From positions 1 through 64,000 of the forward strand of contig ADNK01000094.1 of the NCBI GenBank assembly GCA_000320545.1: a stretch of DNA of 64,000 bases. The letters run 5' to 3'. Source of the stretch: Bigelowiella natans CCMP2755 (lineage: Eukaryota > Protista > Cercozoa). Within the stretch, counting starts at the first letter, position 1. Each line of letters begins with the position of its first letter. The notes beneath the pieces are model-generated. The model made no database searches. It saw only the letters and a list, made by a program, of their open reading frames with translations, and was not told where the DNA came from. The position numbers were made by a program, and so were the translations under genes. Positions 62,341 to 64,000 of this stretch are shown piece after piece.

Positions 62341-64000
62341 TTAAAACTAAAGATCATACCAAGACAACAAAAATAATCAGAACACACACGAACACAATAC
62401 AACACGCACGTGAACACACGCACGCACGCACATATCCGCCTTGGCTAGGAAAGGTAGGATGGATGGAGGTAAGAATGGAGTGTGAGTCGTTCGCACATAC
62501 GATTGAGGAGCGCACTGAAAATGAGAAGTGCGCGCATCCACACTCTAGAGCCCCGATGAATCTCCTCCGTCGCAGCCAGGTCAGAACGCTCTTCCCGAAC
62601 CGACGCGACCATACGATCAGGCTCTTACACACTACTGCGAGGCATCAGATACTCATCACACATCTGATTTTCATGCAGCAGCGCACTCAGTCGTAGCTCT
62701 GGGCAAAGTAGCTCATCGGCTCGGCCGACCTATTTCCTGAGGAACATCCGAGCTCACCTACCCGTACCGCACGAATGCAATTCAATGGCGTTTCCCAATA
62801 TCGACAAAGTATTTTCATGTCGCACCTATAAAAACGATACATACTCGCATTTCGTTCGAAACGGATTTCATATTCCATTGCCAGAAGTCTCTGCCAAGAA
62901 TCTGATTTAGGCGAATTCGCCAGTTCTAGGAAAGAAATCCCCCCTATTTACCATCATTTTCCTTCCAATTCTCCTAAAATTAAACAAATTCCCGGGTAGG
63001 GTGCCGAAGTTTATGAGCTACAAATCTGAGTTTACAAATGAACCAGTTCGGGTAGAAAAAGGCATTGGGAAGGGGGGAGGGCATCATTCCAATGAACATG
63101 TGAAGAACCTTCTGCATTATTTATTTTACACGGTTCTAGAAATGTGTACCTCTATCTTAGACTCTATAGACCATTTCGCAAACCAACTGGGGGGTAGATG
63201 CGGCGGGATTACTTACTTTTCCACCTTCTGTTTTAGGCCTCCGAACGATCGTCTTCCGCTTGTTCAACCAGTACCGTCACTTAATCCATTTTTCAAAAGA
63301 TTCGAAATGTTAACCGCGATCAATATACTGACTTCCCTCATGAACGTAATCTCGAAGTACTCGAGTTGAAGGGGTTGTCATTAGTATATGTAAAGTCCTA
63401 AGGAGCTGTGTATCTGAAAAACTAGGCGAATAGTAGAGCCAGGGCCCTATATTTGAAAAACCTCGACAGTCATGAAGTGGGAGAGAGGATCCATGAAAAT
63501 AATAGAGGAAGAGTACAATACAACCTGTTCAAGGATTCTGGAGTAGCAGGGGAGCCCGTTACAGGTGAATAAAGTAGTAGTAGACGTGTGGTAGTAGGTG
63601 ATCACCTTCACGGAGTAGAACTTGAGTGAATTTTGTCCTAGGGTTCATGAAACGCAAGTCTTCCTCGAATCCGAACAAGAGTAGCTACGAAATGAATTCC
63701 AACTTCCACGATACCCAGTACGAGACTCCTCTCAGTTGTATTCCTGGACTGCGGAAAAATCCAGTTTTACATGAGGTGGGCACCCCAAAAAATCAAAACA
63801 TTCACGATGCATTGAATGATCCATGCATGGTTCGTATAAGAATTCATGTCTGAGAGTAATATGTAGCTGCCGAGACGTCATCTCTTGTACACATTTGGGA
63901 GTACTTCGACCTTCTTAAGTGAAAATATATGCATTCTCTCTTTTATGACTTTCGAAGTGGAGGAAGGGAAACAATCTGATGCGTAAAGTAGCAAGATCGA

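Overview
Eukaryotic nuclear DNA: gene-dense and intron-rich (GT-AG introns, many filled with (TC)n/(CA)n/(TG)n/(TA)n microsatellites), so most entries in the ORF track are exon fragments or repeat artefacts. Several genes begin with a signal peptide followed by an Arg/Ser/Ala-rich transit-like peptide. This points to an alga with a secondary plastid; the style suggests a chlorarachniophyte such as Bigelowiella (inference). About 18 genes could be traced by hand: a plastid-targeted coiled-coil protein, kinesin, Trm112 with an N-terminal targeting extension, a disrupted HExxH metallopeptidase/EF-hand gene, a dynein-MTBD-like protein, FAM72, a RimJ/RimL-type GNAT, a Ttd14-like AAA_28/CYTH protein, a small plastid protein, an ankyrin protein, an EF-hand protein, a Nab2/ZC3H14-like protein, a CS+TPR co-chaperone, a small membrane protein, a DEAD-box helicase, a SAM-domain protein and unknowns. 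The most striking feature is non-genic. Four intergenic islands (about 15120-15920, 19560-21260, 37080-38030 and 56325-56770) have lost almost every TpA dinucleotide, mostly sparing CTAG/CTA contexts, are enriched in TpG/CpA, and retain CpG. This is the pattern expected from a targeted TpA->TpG/CpA (A-to-G) hypermutation process, the reverse of fungal RIP. All counts are by eye and exon boundaries are manual.
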